In this document: in pieces, positions 37,462 through 47,027 of the stretch
How the letters are laid out: every line of letters starts with the position of its first letter
How positions within the stretch are numbered: the stretch's first letter is position 1
Sequence record: PQ182779.1
Length of the DNA stretch: 64,000 nucleotides
Direction: 5' to 3' (one strand)
The notes under the pieces: model-generated
What the model saw: only the letters and a program-made list of their open reading frames with translations
Told to the model about the DNA's origin: nothing
The model's database searches: none
Program-made: the position numbers and the translations under genes

Positions 37462-37842
37462 ATGGAATTCAAATTCAAAGAAGCGGAACTTACTGAACGT
37501 TGGTTGAAACATTGCCAAAAAGAATTGGGAGAGGGAGAGAAAGTAGCAGCGGCTTTCCATTTTCAAAGGGAGAGTGTCTATAACGGGAAGAATCCCTTCG
37601 ACGGACTAATTCTTGCCACTGGGCCGGAATTGACGTTTCACGCGTTTCTCGATCGAGGGCAGACAAAGATATACCTCGGTAAACTAGAGCTCTCTACTGT
37701 CGGTCTGAAGCCTCCTCATATAGGGCTCGAAAGACTGCGACAAACCGATGACCAATTGTCTCTATTACAGTTGGTTTCTGACTTTGGTCCATTAGCGGAG
37801 GGAATACGTGAATATTTTCTTACACAGGAGAAACGTACGTGA
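37462..37842 (+). CDS. hypothetical protein
   Basis: SD AGGGG. Confidence 0.7.
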   Translation: MEFKFKEAELTERWLKHCQKELGEGEKVAAAFHFQRESVYNGKNPFDGLILATGPELTFHAFLDRGQTKIYLGKLELSTVGLKPPHIGLERLRQTDDQLSLLQLVSDFGPLAEGIREYFLTQEKRT

Positions 37843-38303
37843 AACCAATAGAACCTGGTTGTCGCGCTATCGTCATTAGCGATAACGAAAATCCCGATAA
37901 CGTAGGGAAAGAAGTAGTCGTTCAGTTTAAAGTTATGGAGAAAGAATCGGTAAGAATTCTCCTTAACTTGGATGGACAGGGCATTATGGCGACGGGGTCA
38001 TTGGCAGCGACAGGGTGGATAGTCAACGGTAATGTTAGAACCTTCGTCAGTTTATCGGGAAACAGAAGCGAGGATGGTACCTATTTTACCTTTAAAGGAT
38101 TAGCGGAATCCTTCTTGGATCAAGAAGGCAAGAATTTCAGTGCGTTTTTTGAATCACGCCAATTAATGCGTATCGACGGGTTCTCGGACGAAGACCAGAA
38201 GAAAGACCATGAACAAGAAATCGGCCGAGGGATATTAACAACCGTTGGGTTTGTAGAATGGGGACGTACCGATATTTACACCGGCGCTGGCCGAGGGGTA
38301 TAA
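37839..38303 (+). CDS. hypothetical phage protein (MKPIEPGCRAIV family)
   Basis: GTGA overlap; motif recall. Confidence 0.7.
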   Translation: MKPIEPGCRAIVISDNENPDNVGKEVVVQFKVMEKESVRILLNLDGQGIMATGSLAATGWIVNGNVRTFVSLSGNRSEDGTYFTFKGLAESFLDQEGKNFSAFFESRQLMRIDGFSDEDQKKDHEQEIGRGILTTVGFVEWGRTDIYTGAGRGV

Positions 38304-38346
38304 TAAGCTTTACGTAAAGGATACCGAAACCCAATCCAGTTAATGC

Positions 38347-38383
38347 CTATATCACTCTAGTGTAGAGACAACATCTCTACACT
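38347..38383 (+). promoter_or_regulatory. phage promoter CTATATCAC-N5-TG overlapping a 5' stem-loop
   Basis: Motif 38347-38362; AGTGTAGAGA-CAACA-TCTCTACACT at 38359-38383. Confidence 0.7.
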
Positions 38384-38456
38384 TTATATCTGAGAATCTA
38401 AAATTCTCTTACTTAACGTAACAGACCACTAACTGGTCATGAAAAGGAAATGTACG

Positions 38457-39263
38457 ATGATTATTTTACCAAACGAAGTCCAAAACACCAATGATGCTGC
38501 TCTGGTGCACCCTTATACCCCAGAGTTCCGTATTAGGCTCGGCGAAGAACGTCCTGGGCTTAAAAATTATATTATGCCGGAACGGGATAATGAGAATTAT
38601 AAAATTATCCCGGTGATTACCCATGACAAAACAACCGATATGCGTTGGTTATCGATTGCGGAACGCGTGGATGACGATAACTTAATTATTCGTTTTATCA
38701 ATCAGAAACCCTATAGACTTTACTCAAATGTTGAAGATCAAGGAGAGAAGTTCGTCTCTCAACTTGGGCGGGTTATGAATTGGTTCGGCGAATATATTTA
38801 TTATTTTCTTGTAAACCGTCATGGTATTGGTTTCAAGAATGATAAGGTTATCGATGTTTATAATCAGTTGCCGGTTAAGGTTGTTACTTTAAACCCGTTC
38901 TTCGACGTAATTGCAGAATTCTGTCACGAACGTAAAATAAATGTTCCTATTTTCGATGGAAGAAAATTCGAAGGTGGGGTCGTCCTGAAACCAAAAATCT
39001 CCGTCGTCTTCTATGCGCTTTTTGCCGGAATTAAAACGAGGGTAATGTTAAAGGCGGGTGTTAGTTTTAACTCAGAAAACGGGCCTTCGTTTGGTTTTAA
39101 TTCAAACCGAGTTTATACGATTTCCCCTGCCGTAGGAGTGGATAACCTCGACCAGAATTATCGGTTGCACATCGTTGAACCAGGGTTTGGTAGCAATGAA
39201 CTTTCTTTGCTGAATCAGGACATCGTTAAAGCTTGGTTAAAAGCTGTGGTAGAGAGAATTTAA
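38457..39263 (+). CDS. hypothetical protein
   Basis: ATG 38457 with SD AAGGA. Confidence 0.75.
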   Translation: MIILPNEVQNTNDAALVHPYTPEFRIRLGEERPGLKNYIMPERDNENYKIIPVITHDKTTDMRWLSIAERVDDDNLIIRFINQKPYRLYSNVEDQGEKFVSQLGRVMNWFGEYIYYFLVNRHGIGFKNDKVIDVYNQLPVKVVTLNPFFDVIAEFCHERKINVPIFDGRKFEGGVVLKPKISVVFYALFAGIKTRVMLKAGVSFNSENGPSFGFNSNRVYTISPAVGVDNLDQNYRLHIVEPGFGSNELSLLNQDIVKAWLKAVVERI

Positions 39264-39317
39264 TTTCTCTTGGGCAGGAAGTAATAGCAGTTCAAAAGAA
39301 AAAATAAAAACTTCATC

Positions 39318-39354
39318 GCCCTGGGAGATAACCTCTCCCAGGGCCCGCACTATA
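39318..39354 (+). other. hairpin followed by CTATA
   Basis: GCCCTGGGAGA-TAACC-TCTCCCAGGGC. Confidence 0.6.
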
Positions 39355-39367
39355 AAGGATAAAATGA

Positions 39368-39736
39368 ATGGCTTTTTTATTTCAGTTTGGGGAATTAAAA
39401 CAAGACGCCGAAGATAACAATAATTACTACGCTGAAATTCCGAAATGTCACGGGAAAGAATCGAGTTTCTTTATAAATAATCTGGTATGGTACAACGTTA
39501 ACGTATACACTCAAAATTTCCTTAATGGGACTTTCATCGGTAAAAATCACGAAGGTACTCGTTACGGACCAATCAATGACGTATTTCTTTATCGTCTCAA
39601 TACATTAGTTGGCTGGCCACCTTTCGACCAAGACGAAAGAGGTTACTGGCCGAAAGATGAATTAGTCGAAATGTTGGCGGCAGCGAAGTGGGCCGCTGAA
39701 AATATTCCGGATGCGCATTGGGTTGTCATGCCCTAA
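39368..39736 (+). CDS. hypothetical protein
   Basis: SD AAGGA. Confidence 0.7.
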   Translation: MAFLFQFGELKQDAEDNNNYYAEIPKCHGKESSFFINNLVWYNVNVYTQNFLNGTFIGKNHEGTRYGPINDVFLYRLNTLVGWPPFDQDERGYWPKDELVEMLAAAKWAAENIPDAHWVVMP

Positions 39737-39750
39737 AGGGAGGGGGCTAA

Positions 39751-40161
39751 ATGAATATCAGGAGTATCTTTGGTTTAAACGTTGTACCAGGCGTACAAGA
39801 AGGAACGTATGATCTTACGCTGATAAGTAGCGACCGTACTTTCACCGTTAAGCCCTACAATAAGCCGAATCCAATCAGTCATTTATCAACAGGGGCTTCC
39901 TTCATTATAGGCAATATAGACGAAAGTATGGTCTTGGTCGAGTACCTATCTTCTTTGGAGGATATTCGGGAAAATACGGGTAAACTGTCATATTTGATAC
40001 GCAAATCCCATCCGGGTGTACATGTCTCTTTGTGCTGCATCGAAGTGATCGATGTCGGAGTAAATGAAGCTGTGATTAAATTTATTCAGCACGATGAAAG
40101 ACTTTTCAAATTATCTTATTCTGATGGACTTATTGATTTAAGAGATTTAAAAGGAGAATAA
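39751..40161 (+). CDS. hypothetical protein
   Basis: SD GGAGGGG. Confidence 0.7.
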   Translation: MNIRSIFGLNVVPGVQEGTYDLTLISSDRTFTVKPYNKPNPISHLSTGASFIIGNIDESMVLVEYLSSLEDIRENTGKLSYLIRKSHPGVHVSLCCIEVIDVGVNEAVIKFIQHDERLFKLSYSDGLIDLRDLKGE

Positions 40162-40162
40162 A

Positions 40163-40888
40163 ATGATTCACTACGTTAATAATGACATTACAGACGAAGA
40201 GCTCAACCGATTCATTCTCGATAAAGAGGGTAATTTGAAAACGGTAGTTTCATTGCCGTATCGGATCTTAGTCCATAAGTTAAAATTCCCTCTTCAGATG
40301 GCGATGGTACAGGAGAAGAAGATCAGTTTTACAGAAGCTGAAGCACTGCTCTTCCGCGATCTGAATAACCCGCCAGATTATCACGTTAATTTGCTCATTG
40401 ATCTTCTGCAGAAAAATAAAAATCAGGTCTCCCTTTTCCGTAATACACCAGACGGCGTAAAGCAGTCGATTTTCACTGTTGGCTCGATTCTGTTCCTCGG
40501 TAATCTTTCACGTCAAGAAGTAGTATTATGCAATAACAGTAATGGTACACAACCCCCTGAAAAACCAAAGGAAAAACCGAAAATGGCAAAAGCACGCAAA
40601 CCTTCTACGCCAGGCGAAATTCTTTTGAAAGAATACCTGGAACCGAAAGAAATTTCCCCGACTGATTTCGCTGCGCATATCGGCCTGGCGACAGCAACGC
40701 TGTCTCGCCTGATCAACGGTAAAACCAAACTGACGATCCGCACCGCGCACCGCCTGGCAAAGGCTACCAAAACCACCGTCGAATTCTGGGTTAATCTCCA
40801 GCAGGCGGTTGACCTCGCTGAAGCCAAAGCTGATAAAGAGCTGGCCGCCGAAGTGAAAGCGATCAAACTGCACCCGGCGTTTAAATAG
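40163..40888 (+). CDS. higA: unknown N-terminal domain in frame with a HigA/VapI-family antitoxin HTH; probable internal start at 40583
   Basis: C-terminal 101 aa: PSTPGEILLKEYLEP..IS...FA..IG.....LSRLINGK..LT...A.RLAKA..TTVEFWVNLQQ.VDL; ATG 40583 has SD AAGGA. Confidence 0.8.
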   Translation: MIHYVNNDITDEELNRFILDKEGNLKTVVSLPYRILVHKLKFPLQMAMVQEKKISFTEAEALLFRDLNNPPDYHVNLLIDLLQKNKNQVSLFRNTPDGVKQSIFTVGSILFLGNLSRQEVVLCNNSNGTQPPEKPKEKPKMAKARKPSTPGEILLKEYLEPKEISPTDFAAHIGLATATLSRLINGKTKLTIRTAHRLAKATKTTVEFWVNLQQAVDLAEAKADKELAAEVKAIKLHPAFK

Positions 40889-40912
40889 TTGTATTTATCT
40901 TCTCGAAATAAA

Positions 40913-40944
40913 TCCCTGGAGAATCCATTCGGATTCTCCAGGGA
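40913..40944. terminator. 14-bp hairpin between convergent genes
   Basis: TCCCTGGAGAATCC-ATTC-GGATTCTCCAGGGA. Confidence 0.75.
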
Positions 40945-40969
40945 ATGTGATTATTTTATTTTTTTTCTT

Positions 40970-43528
40970 TTAGAGGTAGTTTAACTTAATGTACGTCATT
41001 GTAAAACCAAAATATGACGTACCTGTTAAATCGCTACCTTTTAAAAATACCGCTTGTGACGGCCAATAACCACTACCGAATCTCACGTAATATTTATTGT
41101 CATCACCTTTCAAAATTTGCACCGAGGTAGGAACAAAACCCGCAGCGGCTGTCGCGCTAGGAAGGAACCGGTAAAGATTAAAAATAGGCGCGTACGGACC
41201 GACATGTTTATCTTGAATCGTCAATAGTGGCGTAGGAAAAAGATCCAAGGGGAAATATAAAGTCCCCGTGTAAGGGGCGGTATTGTTGGGAAGTTGAAGT
41301 AGGACGTTTATCGTGAACTTACTTCGTTCTTCTTCGGTATTTATAAGATAACTAATAGGCGAAAAAGTCGAAGATCCGTCCGTAACTCCATTGCCTAAAA
41401 GTATAGTCTTCCCAGAATACTGATCCCCAGAGAAAGCGAGGCTCGTAAAAAACTTCTCGCGGTTATCAGCAGCTGGCGTTCCTGATGTCCTGAATGTTAA
41501 TGGGTTAGTGTAATTACGGTCATTAAAACAACGTAACATGACCTCGACATTACCACTACTATCAGAAGCCATAAAGTCAGCAGCAGGAGTTCCGTTGAAA
41601 TCCGACATTTTTGGAGAAACTGCAAACTGTGTAAGTCTTCCATTTGTCCCGAAAACTCCGAGGGAAGAACCTTTAGCCACGATACTGTTTACAGGCGAGC
41701 ATTTTTGGACAGACATAATACCTTGAATAGCCAATCCAGGCGCTGATGTATAAAGCGTCGCATTGACAGATTCATAAGGGAACACTACGTTCCAATTGTT
41801 CTGTGGCATCGTATAAAAATCATTGCTTACGGTAGCCCCAGATGAATTAGTTACCGTTTTAGATGTAGTGGAAGTATCATAATACGGTGTTCTTTCAACG
41901 TAGGCATAGTGTATGTTTCCGTACATGATTTTATCCCCTGTATCCGGGGTAAGGATGGGTATACGATGTGAGCCATAAATTTTGACTCTTAAAATTTCAT
42001 TGCCCTGATTGTCCCTTGGATGACGCATGAAATCAACGAACGCCCTTGACGCAACTCCGCGATATAAGAGAGAGGCATACTTCGCATAGGCGTCACTTGT
42101 CAGGTCCTGTAAGGTGCTGGACAACCTTCCGGTACCACCATCCGATGTTTTAATCGTATTAGCACTTTTGTAAAAGTACGTATCGAAGAAATTATCAATT
42201 TTTTCCCAGATAGACCCAGCGTCCCATTTACCTAATGGCGGGTTAAAGAATAATTCTTTTATACTTAAGAAATCTGTCCAACCCAAGGATTGAATATCTC
42301 CACCAGACGAAGGGTACGGCGGTAACGCGGTTCCCGGATAAGCCCCGCCGTTCCTTTGCAGCCACCACCCGCCAGAAACCAGTCCACAATAAGACGCTTT
42401 AATGGAAAGATATTCGATTTTTGATAAGTCAATACCTTGAAAAAGCGCACAATATGCGCACTGCTCAAAACCAACTCTACCCCAATCAAAGAACTGACTA
42501 ATCCCATCGGATATGTAACCAATGAATGCCGACTTAATAGTGAAACCGTTAAAATTGTTTCTCGTCACTCCGCCATACATTCTGTTTTTACTACCTAAAG
42601 CAGCGACGTATGTTCCATCCCACCCTTTCACTCTCCCAACAATAGCTACTGATTGCTGAGTGTTAACGGTGCTTTTATCCCAACCGAACGTAATGGAATT
42701 ACTACTAATATCTTTAGAGGTAATGTTAATTCCGTAAGGCAGGCTAATGTGAATTGACATTTTTATTTGTTCTTCTGACGGAAGAACACTGTCTAGCCCT
42801 TGTGCGATTAACGCAGCCCTTGAAGGAGATAATGTACCATCATCGAATGGAAGAATCCATCCGGTGTCATCCGTAGAGGTGATCAAATAGTTCCCGATGA
42901 AAGAGACTTCTGATCTGGCTAACCTTACTGCGGCTTTGATAGCATTTCTAAAGGCTGGACCTGAGTCATAAGTACTATTAACCGAAACGTCAACAGCCCC
43001 AAAATCAACAGGGTCGACATAATCTTTATCGTTAACCCTTTCCCAATAGTACCCATTGCCTGCGGCAATGTACCCGCCATCATCAGTCGCAGTACCTTTT
43101 CTGCCGATAAAAATTCCGCCGCCTTTAATTGACCCGGTATTCCATCCGACTAACTTAACCTCTTGGCCTTCGTAGATTACGGGCAAATTTCGGAGGGCGG
43201 CAAAACTCCCTATCTCTTTAATGAAAAGTGCGGCGATGTTTTGTTGTAGTTTACCGTACGCATCAAAGACAGCTAGACTATAGTGCGTTTCTACTGAGAG
43301 AGTAATGACGTTTCCGGAACTGTCCATCGGCAGTCCATTACTGTCTAGCGCAATGGGTTGAGAAATAGAGGATGTAGTCCCATCTGCTTTCAGTGCAGTT
43401 ACAGGTAATTGATTGCTTAACACCGTGGGGTCAGTATTAATCTTACCGATATACAAAGAGCCTGAGTTAGCTACCCTTCCGCTATCAATCAATCTAAACT
43501 GATTGGATGGCATCGAAATAATATTCAT
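40970..43528 (-). CDS. tailspike/depolymerase-like protein with P22-type head-binding N-terminal domain
   Basis: N-term GSLYIGKINTDPTVLSNQLPV...ISQPIALDSNG...YSLAVFDAYGK matches the P22 tailspike head-binding pattern; then tailspike linker FAALR...GGGIF...DDGG...GNGYYWER and VDPVDFGA. Confidence 0.8.
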   Translation of the reverse strand: MNIISMPSNQFRLIDSGRVANSGSLYIGKINTDPTVLSNQLPVTALKADGTTSSISQPIALDSNGLPMDSSGNVITLSVETHYSLAVFDAYGKLQQNIAALFIKEIGSFAALRNLPVIYEGQEVKLVGWNTGSIKGGGIFIGRKGTATDDGGYIAAGNGYYWERVNDKDYVDPVDFGAVDVSVNSTYDSGPAFRNAIKAAVRLARSEVSFIGNYLITSTDDTGWILPFDDGTLSPSRAALIAQGLDSVLPSEEQIKMSIHISLPYGINITSKDISSNSITFGWDKSTVNTQQSVAIVGRVKGWDGTYVAALGSKNRMYGGVTRNNFNGFTIKSAFIGYISDGISQFFDWGRVGFEQCAYCALFQGIDLSKIEYLSIKASYCGLVSGGWWLQRNGGAYPGTALPPYPSSGGDIQSLGWTDFLSIKELFFNPPLGKWDAGSIWEKIDNFFDTYFYKSANTIKTSDGGTGRLSSTLQDLTSDAYAKYASLLYRGVASRAFVDFMRHPRDNQGNEILRVKIYGSHRIPILTPDTGDKIMYGNIHYAYVERTPYYDTSTTSKTVTNSSGATVSNDFYTMPQNNWNVVFPYESVNATLYTSAPGLAIQGIMSVQKCSPVNSIVAKGSSLGVFGTNGRLTQFAVSPKMSDFNGTPAADFMASDSSGNVEVMLRCFNDRNYTNPLTFRTSGTPAADNREKFFTSLAFSGDQYSGKTILLGNGVTDGSSTFSPISYLINTEEERSKFTINVLLQLPNNTAPYTGTLYFPLDLFPTPLLTIQDKHVGPYAPIFNLYRFLPSATAAAGFVPTSVQILKGDDNKYYVRFGSGYWPSQAVFLKGSDLTGTSYFGFTMTYIKLNYL

Positions 43529-43677
43529 GTAGTTGGCGCTCCAAATCGTGAGGATATAGCTTGTTTCTTGTCACAAGAAACACACTGTTGGGATGCTAAT
43601 TGGAAAACAATACCAACATCGAATTCCATTATCACGTCTATACCTTTTAGTTTGAACTCACTAACAGGTAACCTATT

Positions 43678-44217
43678 ATGATTTTTTCTCTCATCGTTGC
43701 GCATGATCTTGATTTCATTATCGGTCAAGACGATAAACTCGCGTGGAAGTCCAAAGAAGACCTTTCGTGGTTTGTACGGAAAACCAAAAACAAAGCCATC
43801 GTCATGGGATCGACCACGGCTAAAGGTATTGGACGGGCTTTACCCGGACGAGCCCATTATGTTCTGACCTCTAACCCCGGTCAGTTTGAAAACATCCCCG
43901 AAATCCTCGCCTATAGCTCATTTGAAGATATCGCTGTAGATGCTTCTAGAAAAGGCTACAACGAGATTGTTATTTGCGGAGGGGTAAGTATCTACAAACA
44001 ACTATTAGATCGGGTACAGAAGCTTTACGTGACGGAAATCCCTATTCGCTCCAAAGGGAATGTTCCGCTCGACATTGATCTTATCCAAGAACTCAGTAAA
44101 CTATTCTCTTATACTACCGTTCACCGTGGTTGGGCCCTTGAGTCGCATGAATTCGGGGAAGACGAGGGATGTCGTTTCTCTACGTTCGTGAAAATACAGA
44201 ATCCAATAACACGCTGA
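43678..44217 (+). CDS. folA: dihydrofolate reductase
   Basis: SLIVAHD...IIGQDDKLAW...EDL.WF...T....IVMG.TT...IGRALPGR, ICGGVSIY. Confidence 0.92.
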   Translation: MIFSLIVAHDLDFIIGQDDKLAWKSKEDLSWFVRKTKNKAIVMGSTTAKGIGRALPGRAHYVLTSNPGQFENIPEILAYSSFEDIAVDASRKGYNEIVICGGVSIYKQLLDRVQKLYVTEIPIRSKGNVPLDIDLIQELSKLFSYTTVHRGWALESHEFGEDEGCRFSTFVKIQNPITR

Positions 44218-44265
44218 TAATATTTATTTTGAAGATTAAGTTTTAACACTTTGAAAGGGGTTACA

Positions 44266-45129
44266 ATGTTTAAAGTTACGTTTGATGACCAACCGGTCCT
44301 TTATGAGAATATGACTTTTCCGGGTGGCGAGGAACATATCACAATTAACCGTCATGGGCTACCGCCCCATGATATCGGCGTTGTTAAAATAGAAGGAAGT
44401 ATCAAATCTTCCACCGAGGCAGTGCGTCTACTGTTACTGGTCGACGCTATTCGTCGTATTGGGAAATACACTGCGAAAACAGAACTCCATTTAGTTGTGC
44501 CTTATTTCCCGTACGCGCGACAAGACCGTGTCTGTAATGCAGGCGAATCGTTTTCACTCGGCGTTTTTGCTGAACTGTTCAACAGCCTGAAAGCAGACCG
44601 AGTGTTGATACACGATCCGCACTCTAACGTTACTCCGGCACTGATCAAAAACCTCGTCGTCCTGGAACAGTCCAAAATTGTCTACAATTTATTGGCTAAT
44701 TGGATTCGGGAAAATAACGTCGTATTAGTCTCCCCTGACGGTGGTGCGGCGAAGAAAACTGAAGAGTTGGCAAAACTACTCGGCGGGGTGCCTATCGTTT
44801 ACGCAAACAAAAAGCGCGATACTAAAACCGGCAACATTCTCGACATTACGTTATTGGACAATGACAATATCGAAGGTCGTAATTTGTTGGTTGTCGACGA
44901 CATCTGCGATGGTGGGTGGACTTTCACTGAACTGGCGAAAAAACTCAATACCCAAAACCCGAAATCGCTCAGTCTCTTCGTGACCCATGGAATTTTTTCT
45001 AAGGGCCTGGGCGAACTCTCTATCGCATTTGATCAGATTTTCTCAACCAACGTGTGGTGGGAAAATATCACTGACGACGGGTTACCAACCCAATCTTATT
45101 TAACTGCTAAAGATGGACGCGTGAAATGA
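44266..45129 (+). CDS. prs: ribose-phosphate pyrophosphokinase-like protein (candidate ADPR-PP synthetase Adps of NARP1)
   Basis: FPGGEEH, PYFPYARQDR, DPHS, VSPDGGA, K.RD..TG, VVDDICDGGWTF, VTHGIFSKG. Confidence 0.9.
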   Translation: MFKVTFDDQPVLYENMTFPGGEEHITINRHGLPPHDIGVVKIEGSIKSSTEAVRLLLLVDAIRRIGKYTAKTELHLVVPYFPYARQDRVCNAGESFSLGVFAELFNSLKADRVLIHDPHSNVTPALIKNLVVLEQSKIVYNLLANWIRENNVVLVSPDGGAAKKTEELAKLLGGVPIVYANKKRDTKTGNILDITLLDNDNIEGRNLLVVDDICDGGWTFTELAKKLNTQNPKSLSLFVTHGIFSKGLGELSIAFDQIFSTNVWWENITDDGLPTQSYLTAKDGRVK

Positions 45130-46883
45130 CCAATCCTTTACTGAAAGACCCAAAATTCTATACCGAAGATCCGCTGGTATTCCTGCTCTGCGATGCCTAT
45201 AAAACCGGGCACATCAACCAACAACCGTTGGGTACTGACAGCTTCTTTGAAAACCTGACGGCCAGAAGTCACACGTACTTCAATACCCCACTGGACTTTG
45301 ACGGTTCTGTATTCATGGGTCTACAGCGTTTAGTACTCCGCTGGTTGGTAGGGAGTTTTGATAACTTCTTCAAAACACCGTTTAATCAGGTAGAGGCTGA
45401 ATACCTCGAATACATGGACGGGGTTCTGGGTAAAGGCGTGGTGAAATCGGCGCATCTGAAGGAGCTGCACGAACTGGGCTATATCCCGCTCGAAATCCGC
45501 GCGGTACCAGAGGGTTCGTTGGTACCTATCCGTGTTCCATTCCTGACGATTGAAAATACCGTCGACGGCTTTGGGTGGCTGACCGGTTACTTCGAAGACC
45601 TCTGGAGTAACGAACTCTGGAAACCGTGCGTACTGGCAACGAAAGCGTTACACTTCCGCCGTGTACTGGAGCAGTACGCTAACGAGACGGGGGCGGCGCA
45701 AGCGTTCATTGACTACCAGGCACATAACTTCGCGTTACGTGGAATGTCGGGGATGTTTGACGATGCGAACAGCTCGGTAGGTCAGTTGATCTATTTCAAA
45801 GGGAGTGACAGTTTCCCTTCGGTCTGGACTGCGAATCGCTTCTATAATCCGGAAGGAGACGTATCGGTCTCGGAAATCGCAAATTCTGTACCGGCCACAG
45901 AACACAGCGTAACCTGTCTGAATATTGCGGTTTACGCAGAGGAACTGAAGGCGACCCCTGAATACGCTAATGTCACAGAAGCGGAGTTACTCTCGAAGGC
46001 GGAGGAATTATTCCAACGACGCCTGATCACGGAAGTTTACCCTTCTGGCGTTTTCAGCTTCGTCAGTGATACGAATGACTTCTTTGACACCATCACCACC
46101 AAGGCCATTGCAAACAAAGATGCGATTATGGCGCGTGACGGTAAACTGGTCTATCGCCCAGATTCCGGGAACCCGTATCATATCCTCTGTGGATACACCT
46201 GGGACGGCGATAATCACAATTCCCAAGAGATGACCGTTTTAGGGGGAGCTTCTGCTTTAGATGCTACGAAATTTGTCGCGATTCAAAATGCTACGTCTGG
46301 TAATTTCGAATCTTTCTGTGTTGATGGTCAATTCTATTCGACTAAAACAGGGAAACCTATTTCTATCGAAGAGCAGAAGGGTGCAGTACAGATACTCTGG
46401 GAAATCTTCGGCGGAACCACAAATGCCGCTGGGTATAAAGAACTGGATTCTCATGTCGGCCTGATCTATGGCGATGCGATCAACATCAACACCATGACGC
46501 GGATCCTTTCTCGTTTGAAAGCGAATGGGTTCTGTAGTTCCAACGTGGTCTTTGGTGTGGGCAGTTTCGAATTCCAGTTTGTTACCCGTGACACCCTGGG
46601 TATCGCTATGAAGGCGACCGCTGGTAAGGTTAAAGGTAAACATTACTCCATCGCGAAAAACCCGAAAACCGATGACGGCACCAAGAAATCGGCAAAAGGT
46701 TACCTGATCGTTGCGAAGGGCGAGAACGGAAAACTCGAACTGCGTGATAACCTGACCCGTGAAGAGTATGAAGCGCTTCGTGGTAGTGAGGTTGACGCGA
46801 TGCGGACTGTGTACCTGAACGGCGACGTGAAAGTACTGGAAAGTCTTCGTACTATTCGTCAACGTGCGACGCAGTGGTTGTAA
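45126..46883 (+). CDS. nadV: nicotinamide phosphoribosyltransferase-like protein (candidate Namat of NARP1)
   Basis: DAYKTGH, HNFALRG, SVPATEHSV, VSDT.D, RPDSGNP, LIYGDAI, NVVFGVGSF, TRDTLG.AMKAT, KNPKTDDGTKKSAKG; ATGA overlap with prs-like gene. Confidence 0.92.
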   Translation: MTNPLLKDPKFYTEDPLVFLLCDAYKTGHINQQPLGTDSFFENLTARSHTYFNTPLDFDGSVFMGLQRLVLRWLVGSFDNFFKTPFNQVEAEYLEYMDGVLGKGVVKSAHLKELHELGYIPLEIRAVPEGSLVPIRVPFLTIENTVDGFGWLTGYFEDLWSNELWKPCVLATKALHFRRVLEQYANETGAAQAFIDYQAHNFALRGMSGMFDDANSSVGQLIYFKGSDSFPSVWTANRFYNPEGDVSVSEIANSVPATEHSVTCLNIAVYAEELKATPEYANVTEAELLSKAEELFQRRLITEVYPSGVFSFVSDTNDFFDTITTKAIANKDAIMARDGKLVYRPDSGNPYHILCGYTWDGDNHNSQEMTVLGGASALDATKFVAIQNATSGNFESFCVDGQFYSTKTGKPISIEEQKGAVQILWEIFGGTTNAAGYKELDSHVGLIYGDAININTMTRILSRLKANGFCSSNVVFGVGSFEFQFVTRDTLGIAMKATAGKVKGKHYSIAKNPKTDDGTKKSAKGYLIVAKGENGKLELRDNLTREEYEALRGSEVDAMRTVYLNGDVKVLESLRTIRQRATQWL

Positions 46884-46899
46884 TTTAAAGACATAACCT

Positions 46900-46934
46900 T
46901 TCCCTACAGCACCTGCGTGCTGTAGGGAATTATG
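46900..46934 (+). other. 13-bp hairpin followed by TATG
   Basis: TTCCCTACAGCAC-CTGC-GTGCTGTAGGGAA-T-TATG. Confidence 0.7.
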
Positions 46935-46965
46935 CAATTTGTTTCATGTATATATCTCCGTTATG
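46935..46965 (+). promoter_or_regulatory. promoter variant CAATTTGTTTCATGTATATATCTC-N5-TG
   Basis: 20/21 identical to 56766-56786; keeps N5-TG spacing. Confidence 0.6.
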
Positions 46966-47027
46966 CAAGATAGTTGAATGTATTAAATTCGATTTCATTT
47001 TTGTCAGTCTACTATAGGAGAAATACA

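Noticed and set aside
39751-40888. Complete higBA toxin-antitoxin operon
   Set aside because: Neither upstream ORF shows a RelE/HigB-like pattern, so the antitoxin appears orphan.
46257-46937. Long antisense ORFs (also 26594-27247, 35807-36274, 36605-37231, 47575-48117, 56167-56586, 56988-57440)
   Set aside because: They lie opposite strongly codon-biased genes, lack convincing SD sites and have no recognisable motifs; they are typical shadow ORFs.
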